64,000 bases of DNA. Source: Pseudogymnoascus verrucosus. Its lineage: Eukaryota. The translations under genes were made by a program, and so were the position numbers. Shown here one piece after another: positions 45,697 to 58,607 of the stretch. The stretch is from the NCBI GenBank assembly GCA_001662655.1, contig KV460244.1; one strand, written 5' to 3'. How positions within the stretch are numbered: position 1 is the stretch's first letter; the number at the start of each line of letters is the position of its first letter. The notes beneath the pieces were generated by a model that saw only the letters and a program-made list of their open reading frames with translations, did not search any database and had not been told where the DNA came from.

Positions 45697-46816
45697 ATGA
45701 GCGCCTCTCAGAACCCGACAACCAGCTCGAGCCCGTCCACAGCCCAGGACTCTGATAATCCAGGCTTAACAGCTGACGAACTTCCAACCCAACCTAAATC
45801 TCAGAGCCCAACCAAGCGTCCACCGAGGAACTTGGCCGCTTAACTCACTCCAGACAAAGGGTTTCCAGATACCGACTTCTTCAACAGCTTCGCCGAAGAT
45901 GGTTCACGCCGCTCTCAACGGGCTAGGAAGCCGATAGCGAGGATGGACTCCGAACAGGTACCTTCCCCACATCAACCACCGAAGACGAAACTACGAGCGA
46001 GAAAAAACCAGCCCAAACGGCCGCGCATGACGGCACCCAGCCCATCCGCGGCCGAGGCAAGCTACACCGACACTGGCCCTGACAAAGCGCCAAAAGAGGC
46101 CGAAGCCGGATCCTCACCGGCAAGCATATTGGAAACCGACACGGGGAAAGCCGCCGAAGCCTACCTCTCTGACAGTGGGAACATTGACACACCTGGTTTT
46201 CAAACTACACCCTATGACTGCTGCAACGATGTGTGACTCGAATGTGTCAGCCTAACCATGTCGGCCGTCAATTTACTCAAGTCCCCCGACGACCGCAACA
46301 CTTGGTACATTGGCCCCTATGGAATGTTTGAAATTGGACCACTGCGCTTTCCGCGGAGCCGGAAGAGCGTGACGTACGTGCATGGACGGGCGTCCGGGGA
46401 GACGTGGGCTACACGTGCGGATGCTGAGGCGGCGGGGTCGAGTTGGACTCGGAGACGGAAGATGAGGATGGTGAGGCTGTACAGGCGGAGTTCGGCGTAG
46501 AGATGGGACATGGAGATGTTGTGGCGGCAGCATCAGCGTTGTATCTGATGATAGAACCCGAGGATGAAGAGACTGTGATGAGGATGGCGACGAGGACGGA
46601 GAGGAGCTGGAAGACTTGGAGGATTTAATTAAAGAGTGGCGCGATTTTTGTTGGTACGCAAAGAAAAATGGCTGGGTGCCGTGGCTGGACGCCTTTGCAA
46701 GGCCGGCGCATATTGACAGGAAGAAATTGAACGAGCGTTCACGGCGGAGGGCGGCTGCGTTAAATGCCAGACATGAGGCAAGAATTGCTGCTAATCGGGG
46801 GATGAGCCGGTTGTAA
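45697..46816 (+). pseudogene. Frameshifted hypothetical gene
   Basis: A chain of coding-like + strand segments (45697, 45943, 46258, 46443, 46616) changes frame without obvious introns; the acidic tract is readable only by shifting frame. Confidence 0.4.
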
Positions 46817-46887
46817 GCTGTATAATGGAACGGTTCTTGGGGATGGCGAGCTGTATTTTTTTTATTTTTTACTAAACCCTATGGAGT

Positions 46888-48086
46888 TCATATTGTATTT
46901 AATTCTACTTTTTGTGCCGAGTCTTTGCTCCCTGGCTTGGCAAATGTAGCTGCAACGATCATGGGGAAGACAGCTGTGGCTTCACAATATACCTAGTTTT
47001 GGTCAGCATGTAGTCTTTTTAAGCATCGAGCATATCATACCTTTACACTTGCAGCATCCACCTTGATCTTCCCCCAGCTAACTGCCTCATCTGGCCGCGC
47101 TCCCGCATCACTTCCATCAAACTCTTGCGCCGTGTTGATATATACGGCGCTCTCAGCGCCATTGCGCATTAGACATGCATTCGCAATATGGTGCTTTACA
47201 ACACCACCGCCCAAAATCACCATGCCCGCCCTCTTTGCGCGCACTGCAATGGTGTTTATGCGGCGAATATCCTCCACTATATCGATGCGTAGTTGCGCTG
47301 GCGAGGACTTGAAGGTGTGGAAATACAGCATATCACCCAGGCTGCCATCGGTGAGTGCCGGGCAAAACACAGGGATGTTGTTCTTGTAGGCCCAGTAGTA
47401 AACGCTTTCCTCGTTATTGATCTCCTTTCCTAGGCGGTGGATGACCTTCGATGGCGTCCAGTGGAATTCTGCTTCGGTCCCCTTGGCAGCTTCTTGTTCC
47501 GACAACATGGCGTCGAGGATCGGTACGACCCAGTCTTCGAAGGCACAGTAGTTGGCATTGGGAACCAGCAGGTTTCCAATTCTATTCAGGCCCTTGGCTC
47601 GCAGCTCGGCTCCGGGGGTCGAAAATGCACCCATGTAAGTGCTTCCGAGACACTTGATAAAATCCTCCTCGATGCCGCCAGCCGTTGTAACTATTGCCGA
47701 GACATGGTTGTGTTGTACGAGGTATCGGAGTGTGCCTCGGAGGCCGGAGGAGATGAGGTTCGAGGTGTATCCGAGGAATATTGTCGTTTTGTCAGACGTC
47801 TCGGGATCGCGCCATTCTCTCTAGCGGATGATTAGAGAGGTAACGACGAGAGATCAGAATTACTTACCATGTCATTAATAATTTTGACTGCTTCGCCGAT
47901 AGAGCTTGCCTGGAAACCCATGTTGGTCATTCCTGCGATGAGGTCCTCCACAGTAATTTTGCTGTCAGCGAAGGCGTTGAAGTCTAATTCCTCAACCTTC
48001 TTGGAGCCGGCCGGCATCTCCTCAGATTTCACGAGAACTGCCGCGGCCACCGACTCAGGCACTGCCCCTCCTCCATTGGTCGCCAT
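46888..48086 (-). CDS. DYS1: Deoxyhypusine synthase (3 exons)
   Basis: [50 protein letters not shown] and [20 protein letters not shown]; last exon [18 protein letters not shown]. Confidence 0.97.
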
Positions 48087-48916
48087 AGCGTCAGCGACGG
48101 AAGTCTGAATGAATATAGGAATATATAATTCAAATATCTCCTCCCATGCGGCAGGATGCTGAAGATGTAGTAGCGAACGGTATCCTAGAGGCCCAGGGGG
48201 TGAGAAGCTTCGAAATAGTGCCGAATTACCCCACGTTGCCCCTCTAAAAGTGACGAAACTTTAAAATAATAAACGTTGAAGAAAAGGTCTGACAATTCAA
48301 GGAGAAGAGGGCAATATTAGACCTTCGGCAGGTATACATAAATCAGATAATTTCAGATCTAAGGATATCTCTCTGGTATCTGTGCTCCTTCCTCGTTGAC
48401 TAGTAGTGACTGATGTCGAATATCGAATATTGGCCGATATAAATCTTTATCGCGCTTAATCGGCGAACGGAGTCACAACGATACCCGCAGGCGCTAGCGG
48501 CCGCCTGTTGCGGCTACCATGCAACCACCAGCGACCACAACATGCAAGTTCTGCATGGATTCCTTGCGCTAACCAGATACGATCTAGTCTACAGCCGTTC
48601 GAGATCAAACGCTGGACGATGTATACAAGTCCATCTTCAATTGCATTTACTACCATCAACAACGACCTCTGCTCTTGTGACGCCCATCAACAACCATCGC
48701 GGCGCCTCTAATATTCTTTATCGACTTGTCTTATTTGTAACTTCAAGAGCTTCGAGGCGTTTGGCTGTCTATATTACACTTAACACAACCCCCGAGTACC
48801 GTTCAGGTACCGAAAGCCAAGTCACTTCACCCCAGCTTCAACTGCCGCGGTCTGGTTGCCCTGGTCTCAAACACATCCGGGCCATCGCCCCTAAATATGA
48901 ATGTAGGTGCATCACT

Positions 48917-51900
48917 ATGTATGTGTATGCGCCAGACTCTGACGACGTTCGACTTAGGACTCGATATGCGCAGCCTGATTCGGCTGGCGACTCTCGGCGA
49001 TCTCCTCGCGACAGATCACCAGCTCGCCACAGCGACCAGCGCGATGGAGGACAATTCAATGGACCAGCCCGTGGAGTAGAAAACAACTACCGCCCCGGTC
49101 TCGACAGTCGAAGCAATAGCAACTTCTCGCCCCGCGACAACTATCGCGATTCGAGTCGTGGCTCTATGAGAGACTTCCCGAGTCGAGAACCCCCTCGAGG
49201 CCCAAAGGCACTTGGCGACAATATCCCTAGCGGACCACGCGTCAACAGCTTCTCTGGTGACTTCAGAGGCCGTGGACGAGGACGCGGACGTGGGTGGCGA
49301 GACGATAGCCGCGATAGAGGCCCACGCGACATCGATCGCGACTTCCGCGACAGACGAGACGATAGAGGGCCGCCACCGCCATTTCGTGATGAAAGGAGTC
49401 ACGACAGGGAATGGGAGGACCGGGATAGACTTGATCGAGATAGGCGCGACAGCTTCCGAGGCGGTCGCGCTTCGAAGATTCGCCCCAGCTCTCCTCGAGG
49501 GAGACCACGGTCACCTGTCCGGAATGATTCCCGTGATGCGACAAGGGGTCGCGGGCGTGGTCGCGACGACTGGGAACCTCGTGCTGGAAGAGGGCGCGGC
49601 ATGTACTTTGATGGCCGTGGCGAGCCTCGGGGACGTCGCAGCCGTTCACCGGAGCGTGGCGACCGACCTCGCCAGGACCGTCCGGCGGACTCTTGGGACA
49701 AAACATACCCACAGAGGCCCACTTCTTCAGTCTCAGTATCGCAAACACGAGAGAATCCTTCGCCTCCTCCGCAGGCACCCGAGGTGCCGGCTTTTGGATC
49801 AGTTATCAGTGGCACGGGCGGCGGGCAAACGGCGGTGGGATCAGCTCCAGTCGCAATACCAACTGGCCCACGAAGTGAGAGACCCCCTGCCTCGCATGGC
49901 GGGCGCCAAGAATACCCAGGGAGCATACAGTGGACTAACCCAAAATTTGTAGCTGCACCTTCAAAGCCTGATGCAGCGACCACATCGCCCGTTGATAGGA
50001 AGGCGGAGGAGCAGCAAAAGTTTGCATCTTCAGAACCACCAAAGGATGTATCAAATGATGTTGTTGAAAAGCGCGAGCCAGAAGCTCCCACAGGTGACGA
50101 TTCAACTATGATGGAGGCGGGCGAAGTGGACGAATCACCCAAAGTGGAAGAGGTAACAACGCTGACATGGAGACCACCAACAAACTACGTAACTCCAGAA
50201 GACGAGGCATCTGACTCCGATATTGACGATGATTATTTCGAGGACGAGATTTCGAAAGTGAAGAGCCAGCTTAGCCAGGGCGTTGCCAAGAACACCGTCG
50301 AAATCTTCGAATCAGTTTCCATTCCATTCAATAACATGTCACAACTACGGTCACCAGTTCCTCCACCCGCTCCCCCAGAGCCATCGCCATCTATTGAAGC
50401 AAAGGAGAATGTTCCGGTAAAGACGACGGATGCGCCGACCCCTATGGCATTAGACGATGTTCCTGTTATCAGCGCAGATGTTGAGGTGCCCGCCGCTATC
50501 TTGCCGCCAGTCGCGAAAAAGTCTCCCGAGGTTTCCACCCCGTTATTCGAGCTGGAAAACCTTGCTTTGGATGTTAAGCCGGTAACTCAACCAGAAGAAA
50601 TCGAACCAGTCGAAGACAGCATCATGACTGAGCCAATGCTGGAAGTAGTCAGAAAGAGAATGGCGACGCCCCCCATCGCAGATTTACCATTCGCAGTCAC
50701 TACCCCCTGGCAACAAGAAACAGGTTTCTTGAAAGGGATCGAATCGGATCCTGATGTGATGGATTTCCTAGTTGCAAGCCTCACCATGAAAGCCGACATG
50801 CGCGACAGGGAGATCGAAGAGAATTCGCAGATATACAAGCAAAAGTATAAGGATTGGATCGACTTTCACAGATCTGATAATCCGCTTGCAGTTCGGTGCC
50901 GGGAAAGGTGGGAAGCCAACAGAGCTGCAGAAGTAAGCCGTGCTGCCAGCGCTCAGCCGGCTGAAAGCAGAACCGAGGGCCGACGGGCTGTGAGCAGATT
51001 TGCTACGGAACGTGATATCGAGAGGCTGCTGAGACAGTCGGAGATTGAGGCGACTGAGCAACGCAAGCGCCAGGATCGTGCTGCTAAGGCAAAGGCCGCC
51101 AGCGAGAAGGAAGCCGGTATTCCCGATATGCTAAGTATAGAGGAACGAGAAGCCACCCGCTATGGTGACTATACAAATCTGGTCGCTTCTGACCGCGCAT
51201 TGGCTATGTTCGAAGTCCTGCCCCCTATTGCCGATTTCACAGAGTGGGAAAGAGAAACCTTCGAGAAAACCATGTTAGATTACCCAAAACAATGGGGCAA
51301 GATCGCAGAAGCGTTGCCGGGACGGAATTACAAGCATTGCATTCAGTACTATTATCTTGTCAAGCATGAGCTGAAGCTCAAAGAAAAGCTGAAGAAGCAA
51401 ATCAGGGGCAAAGGCAGGAAGCGCAAGCCTAAGACGAGTGTGCACACGGTTGCCCTTGGGCGAGAGGAGGTCGAAGAAGAACCCACTGAGGGGACAACTG
51501 ACCGTCGCCGGCCAAGAAGAGCAGCCGCGCCTATCTTTGGTGGTGCCGAAACTGCCCCAAGCGAGTCCGATACTACTCCAGCACCAACACCTGCGAGGCG
51601 CGGTGCTGCGACTCCAAAAGAGGGCGAGCCTACGACTACTGGAAAACGCAAGGGGAAGGCGTCTGGTACCCGCGAAAAGGCCACGAAGCAGCCAAAGAAT
51701 AACCAACTGCTGGCCGCTGCTCCTAATGCCGCCCCAAAGAACCAGGAGACGAAGGTTCCACATGCTATGCCAATAATTAAGGAGTGGCAGCAGCCAATTG
51801 TTCCGCCTCCCGAGCCCGTCCGATTCACTAGCCAAATTGCTCCGTGGGATGGACCGGCACCAATACTCCCTCCCTATGTCCCGCCAAGTGTCGTGGCCGA

Positions 51901-54699
51901 GAAACCAACAGCACCAATTCCTTCTGGGCACGATGTTGTCCCCCAGGGCTACCCTGTCCCGGAGCACGTTGGAGCGTTACCGCCAGGATCAGCATACAAC
52001 CCAGACCCCCAGAATCAGCGGAATACAGCTGCGCCAACATCAAGTTATTGGAGTGTTCCTGAACAGAACGACTTTCCAATGCTCATTGAATACTATGGGA
52101 CTGATTGGCACGGGATTGCAAAGTGGATGGCTTCCAAGACCCATATTATGGTATGTACCGCAGCCTCTTATAACACCAGTTGATTTGAATTTAAAGGTAG
52201 CATGTTGCTAACAATCGACAATAGGTTAAGAATTATTATCAACGTCAGATTGACTCCGGGAGATCCGATTTGGAGGAGATGGCTCGGGTTGCTGATGACA
52301 AACGAGCTAGAGGAGAAAATCTAGGTCCCCCACCTGCCCAGACTAACCATCCCATCAAAAGAAAATACGATGGCCCTTCTGGATCGCCTCAGCGCCCCCT
52401 TGGCCTCACTTCCATGGATGATATGGACGAGATGTATCTTGGTGGACAGTTACCTCCGCAGACATCTACGGGCATGCTATTCACAGGAGGAATGCCCCCA
52501 AACCGATACGATGGATTTACGAATCCGATTGGCAGGCCAAGCAGTTCCATTAGCACATTTGAACAAGACGAGAAACCCCCAACTTCGCATGCCTTGCCTG
52601 GGCAGCATGCACCGTCGCCACAACCAGGAGGCCCACGATATGCCCCTCTGGCTCAAGCAGGCTCTATTTCTCAGGCGTCAAATGCTCCTTCTCGGTCGGT
52701 CACTGCTCCTAGTAAGCACCTACCACAAGCACAGCAAATTGTGCAGCAAATGCAGCAGCAACGCCCGCCACGAGGACCGACGCTTGGTTATTTCAATAGC
52801 GACACCAATAGACCTATTGTACGAGCATCATCTATTTCAAATCCGTCTCCTCAGCCAATTCCTGCTCCCGACCAAGCTAGAACCACATCGCGATCCCACC
52901 TGGTTGCACAAGAAGCCCAGGCCGAAAGGCAGCAAGCTCTGCGCTTGGAAGAGGAGCAACGCCTGCAGACCCGCCAGCAACAGTACAGGATGAAGCAAGA
53001 AACCGATGTGCCGGGTACGACTCAGTTCGAACAGTACCCCCAACAAATACCACAGCACCAGCAACGTGGCCCTCCGATGCATGCACGCACCGAAGCAATG
53101 TCACCTGTTCGCGCTGAGGATAGTAGACGTGCAAATATTGGCCAATACCCTCCACGAAACTTTCAGCCATCACGAAATGCACTTGGTGATTTGAAAGCTA
53201 GCACAGGACCATCGACTCCAACTTCGTTAGCATCGCCAGGGTCCTCTCGAGGTGCCCCAATTGCACCACCAACCCATCAACATTCCCCCCCAGTTCACCA
53301 GCAGCCTCCATCAGCACCTCCGCCACAGCCACAGCCTGTTGCGGCTATTCGTCAACAAGAGACTGTCCGGAAGACATCCAGCATTATGTCATTACTTAAC
53401 GATGAACCAAGCGAACCAGTAGCTTCAAAACATGCTCCCGAACCGCAGTCGGCAATGAAACCCTCCCCGTCACCTGCTCCGCATCAGCCGATGTATCAAC
53501 CGCGCCAAGCAGCGCCACCACCGACGCAGCACCTTCGACGAGAGTCATCATTGACTGATATTCGCGGAAAGGCACCACCCCAGTCGACACGCCCTCCTAG
53601 CACGGCACAACCACCAGCTATCAGGCACAATGACATGGCATACTCTCCTATCATCTCAAATCAGAATCAGCCACAGTCAAGGCAACATGTTGGCTCTCCG
53701 TTAGATTCAACTGCGCCTGATCGCGGCGAGTATTATGCCCATCAGCAATACATGATGCAACAGCAACAGCAACAGCAGCACCAGCAGCCTCCAACCAGCT
53801 CGCCGCAGACGCCAATTCCCTACCAACCTCAACAATCCCAACAGCCTCCCCAGCAATCTCAACCACCTCAGCACCCAAGCCATCGTCAAATGGCGTTTGG
53901 TACATCTAGCCACCGTTCTGCGTCTCCCAGTGTGGGATACTCTCATACCTCCCATCACGGATCTAGACACGGTAGTTTTGATGCCCGACAGCAACAAGGG
54001 CCTCCTCCGACGTCAACGCAGGGCCCGCAACAACCGGGTTATGGCACTGCCCAACATCCAGGACCAGCTATGTCACCTCCATACCAGCAACAGGCACCCC
54101 AGCAACACTCGCTTCAGCCCCCGCGCTATATCAGCCAACCTCCTTCGTCGTCTCAAGCCCGAGCCTCTCCCCTCGGACAGCACAGCGCGCAAGCCCAGCA
54201 GATGCCGCCACAAGCTGCTCAGCACGCATATGGCCAACTGCCGCCTCATCGTGCTCAACAACCTAGCCCCGCACCAGCTGCGCAAAGGTCGTATACCCCC
54301 GTTTCGTATGACCGACACCCGGGACCGTATGCACCGCCGCCTCCGCAACAGCCACAGCCGGATAGGTTGACTCTCCAACAGCAGAGGCAGGAAGAGGAGG
54401 CGATGCTTAGACGACAGCCGATGAGGGATGGGTATGGTGGGCCTGGTCCTGTGATTGATCGGAGGGCCGAAGAGGCGTACCAGCGGGACTTGGAGGAGAG
54501 GAGGTTGATGGAGGGGAGAAGGGTGATGGAAGAGAGGAGAGAAATGGATGAGAGAAGACATCAGGATGAGAGAAGACAGTTGGGTGACCATAGACAGTTG
54601 GATGAGCGGATGCTAGAAGAGAGGAGGATGATGGACGAGAGGAGACAGATGGAACAACAGAGACGACATATGGATGACCGGGATTTCAGGCGGCAATAA
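48917..54699 (+). CDS. SNT1: SANT-domain Set3C/NCoR-like corepressor scaffold
   Basis: Two SANT domains (FTEWERETFEKTMLDYPKQWGKIA...CIQYYY; TSSYWSVPEQNDFP...YGTDWHGIAKWMASKTHIM|VKNYY), intron 52151-52223, SSIMSLLND motif and Q/P-rich tail. Start uncertain. Confidence 0.85.
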
Positions 54700-54985
54700 T
54701 TGTAAATAGTATCATTAATAAGATAAGTGCACGACTAACGTGTATATGAAAAGCGTATTATGTGCCAACCGCGATCCCACATTTATTTTACTAGATTCCA
54801 TTAATTGTGACCATCTCGTACCTTTCTTAGAACAAGTTGTCATTATGCGCGCGGCTCTTGCCTTTCATACTCGTCTCGGATAAATAGCGGGTCCAGCCGC
54901 CGACAGATGACGACGAGCACACCCCGCCAACCTGGGTCCAACCTCCACCTCGACACTCACGCATGCGCATCAACAAACCACCACG

Positions 54986-55861
54986 ATGCCGGTAAGCAAT
55001 ATCCCATTGAAACTCTTCAATCCCATCACACTACGCATCTCTGCCTTTCCCTCTTTACCCCAATCCCCCAGGTTCCCCCCTCCCCCCATACGCCCGCCCT
55101 GCTGACACCCGCCTCACCACAGGCCTACAACTCCATCTTCAACTCCGAGCCCTCCCCCCGCCTAATCGGCAACTTCCCCCTCCTCCCTCTCCGCACGCGC
55201 ACCCGCGGCCCGGCATTCGCTCTCCCCGCCGATCCATCCCTCGCGGCCTCCGAGTCGCCAGAGCCAGATAGCGAGTCCTACGATGCGCTGGACGAGGTGC
55301 TCGGCCTGTTCCGCGCCAACACGTTCTTTCGAAACTTCGAGATCCAGGGATATGCGGATCGTCTGCTTGTGTATGGGATTTTGTGGGTGAGCGAGTGTTT
55401 GGGGAAGATTAGGCCGGCGATGAGTGCTAGGTATGTTAGTTTCTGTTTGGGGTTGGGTTGGGGAGGGGCGGGAGCGGAGTGTGATCGTGTGCTCGTGGGA
55501 GCCTAGATTGGATCAATTGCTAATTGTTATCGTCGTTTAGGGAAGCACAGAAGGAAGTTCAGAACGTCGCGCTCGATACCAACTTCTCTATCCCAGGCGA
55601 CCCAGGCTTTCCGTTGAACCAGGTATGCTTTCGTCCCTGTCACTTCGCTCTGTTACAATATACCACAGAACTAATAAAACACAGATGTTTGAAGCACCTG
55701 CCTCCCGCCAAGATGCCGAAGTCCTGAAACAATACCTGATGCAAGTCCGCCAGGAGCTGGCACAGAGGCTACTGGCAAGGATCTATGAGGATGGTTCCGA
55801 TAGGCCAAGTAAGTGGTGGCTGAGCTTTACGAAGAGGAAGTTTATGGGGAAGAGCCTGTGA
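54986..55861 (+). CDS. ARC18: Arp2/3 complex 21 kDa subunit (ARPC3)
   Basis: MP|AYNSIF...GNFPLLPLRTRTRGPA...FRANTFFRNFEIQG...FSIPGDPGFPLNQ|...PSKWWLSFTKRKFMGKSL. Confidence 0.96.
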
Positions 55862-56032
55862 GGCGCGATAGGGCGGAGAAAGAACACAGTGCTAGGCGAA
55901 CGACGAAGAGGGCGGGTTAAAGGTGCAACTGGCGGTTGAGACTGATTTGAGGCGTCAAAAGCAAATTAAATTTCGTGACCGGAACACGATTGTGTTGATA
56001 GATCGATGCAATTGTTCTCAGTAGGAGAGCTA

Positions 56033-57851
56033 TTATATATCTACATCCTGTCCCATGACTACATCGTCTATGTTCTGCTCTATAACATCTGGCGTCTGCA
56101 CTGCAGGAGTCGGTACGGAGCTCACGTCTCCCGACTTCCCCCCTTCCGTCTTCCTTCTCTTGTAATTCCCGCGCGCCTCCACTTTGCCCTCTACAGGAAT
56201 TACCCGCGTACCTGTAAATAAATACCCCTCCGCTCCACCTCTACTCGTCATAAGCGGATGCGTCCTCCCCGGAAGAACCTGCCACTCTCTCACTCTCGAA
56301 GTCTGCACACCGACTCCGAGCAGCAACGTCGGGTTGAGCGGGAAATCCTCGTTACCAGCCCAGTTCGTCAAGTCGCCCTCCGCGGGCGGCGCAGCCACGA
56401 AAGCCGCGCGACGGCTCGTGCTATAACAGTCCGCAAGACGGGTCAGCGGCTCGACATTAGGCGAGTATATGGTAACGGGAGCACCGCCGCGAAGGAGCGG
56501 AATGAGGTGCGGGAGGATGGTGAGAGGATCCATGTAAGCTGCGATTGCGAGCCCGTCGAAGGAGCCGGCGCGTGTGGAGTCCACGATGGCGGAGACGCGG
56601 GCGAGGCGCCGGCGCTTCTTGTAGTACTGACCGCGCTTGCCGGATTTGAGGGTGGATAGCTCGGCGGGGGTGAGAGAGGGTAGTGGTGTGCTGTAGGTGG
56701 TGTCGGCGTTGGGATCGAGGAGCTGCAGCCAGGAGATGGTGTGGAGGTGGGTGGTGAGAGGGTGCGAGGCTGATGGGGTGTCAGGGTTGTGGTCAAAGTA
56801 TTTGAGGAGGGACATATTGGGTTGGGCGTTGGCGTGGATGAGGGTTATGGTATTTGAACCAGCGGGTGGACGAGAGAGGTAGTCGTGCGGGGAGGATTCG
56901 TCGTCTTCATCTGCGTCTTTGGAAGTGGTGGCTGTAGCGGGTGCGGGTGGGTCTGCTGACGGCGGTGATGCATGGAGTATCCCCATCCTCTCAGCCATAG
57001 AGGCGACAAGGAGACCGCCTATTTCGTCGACTACGAGCCAGCGGCCCTGGCCAGGAACAGTGGGTGATAGGGCCGGCGTTGGTAGTCCGTATGGGTCGCC
57101 TGAGAAGTGGACATTTGCCCAGCATCCCACTAACGCCAGGACTTCGTTGCGTATCTCCAATATCCTTGCAGCATCCTTTTGGTCCACCAGCCAATGCGTC
57201 AGCATCGGCACGTCGAGCGGGAGTACAGTGAATTGGCGCAAGTATTTCTTGGTCTTCAGAAGCTTGTACTTGGCTAAACTGAAAGCGGTCTTCTCGTCGA
57301 GCGCTGTGTGCGACAGCATGAGTTTCGCAATGAGGTCTTTGCCAGCATCCGTACCGTCGCGCTTGAGGATCTCAATCTCCTCCATGGTCATCGTTTGTCG
57401 CGCTGCGTCGTCAATGGTCTCGCGATTGGAGCGCATGACAACCTCCCCCGTCTCATTGACCAGCTCAAACTGCACGCCATCGCCACCCAGTGTTATAGAG
57501 TCCGACGTGGGGTTTTGTGCTGCCTCCTCTTCAGCGATTGTGTCAGCGTGTATTTCCGATGCTGGGACAACGCGCAGTGACGGCGGCGAGCCTTCTTTGC
57601 GGTCTTGGATTTCGTAGGTTAGGTGGTAAGGACGGCCGAGGATGAGGTTGCTCTGGAAAGCACCGTATTTTCCTAGGGGGATAGTGCTACTTGGAATCAG
57701 CTTCTAGACGGCGACACAGTGAGGTTGGCGTGCGATGCGCTCACTCCTATCGAAGACAAACTCACGTATTTGGGGTCACTTGGACAACTTTGAGGGTATC
57801 GGAGGGCAGCCGTAAGCAAACCCATGCGTCTGGTTGAACATAAGAGTACAT
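56033..57851 (-). CDS. TRM6: tRNA m1A58 methyltransferase non-catalytic subunit
   Basis: MYSYVQPDAWVCLRLPS|...LGKYGAFQSNLILGRPYHLTYEI...KTAFSLAKY...REWQVLPGRTHPLMTSRGGAEGY (Gcd10/Trm6 family). Confidence 0.92.
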
Positions 57852-58607
57852 TTCACATATACTCGGAACTTCAACGAGTATATAAAAATGTCCTAATATG
57901 TGTAGTTGAGCATACAATATTATATGCTTGGTTGGCTTGGAAGGCTGGAAGGCTTGATTTCTTCCCCGCCAAAAAGAAAATTGTCAGCCTCACGTCGTTT
58001 GGGTGCTAGTGTACAGCAAGGCTGGATAACTCTAAATTATGGCCTTTAGATTAAGGCTACGATTCTGTCGACGTTTTATCCGTGCCGCCCAAAAACTATT
58101 TCAAGTGGACGGGCTGTATCGGTTAGTACTAGAAAAAATAATTAAATCAATAGAAATTATTGTTTTTGCTGTATTTTTGCTGTAGTTTTAAGTAATCAGC
58201 TTAGACAATATAGCACTGAGTGACTAAGAGCGTTTATTTTACTTATAATTACTGTAAGCCCTGTTCGTAGCCTTGGGGGGTGAAATATGGCCGTGCGTGA
58301 GGCTGTGGGTTCACCGTTCAGACGACGACATTTCAAGCCACTCCCTCCTCCCCATCATACCAATCCCATTGACTTAGATCGCGACAAGCTCACGTTTTCA
58401 TATTCAAGCATCAACGACTGCTTGTCACGGCCAAGAGTGAGGCCAAGAACAGCTTATATTGATTGATTAAGAGGCCTCTCCTGGTATCGAGTGGTCAGAT
58501 CGAGGGGCTGGCACTAACTGATTGGTTTGTTTACATCAATTTCATCCGCCCGCCAGCCTTGCAGTGCCAATGTTTGTCATGCAAGGGAGCAGCACCCCTA
58601 ATGAGCC

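Noticed and set aside
48838..54591. Many long antisense and alternate-frame ORFs inside SNT1 (also in PIN4, HSF1, CWC27, TRM6)
   Set aside because: Expected shadows of GC-rich, low-complexity coding sequence; no motifs of their own.
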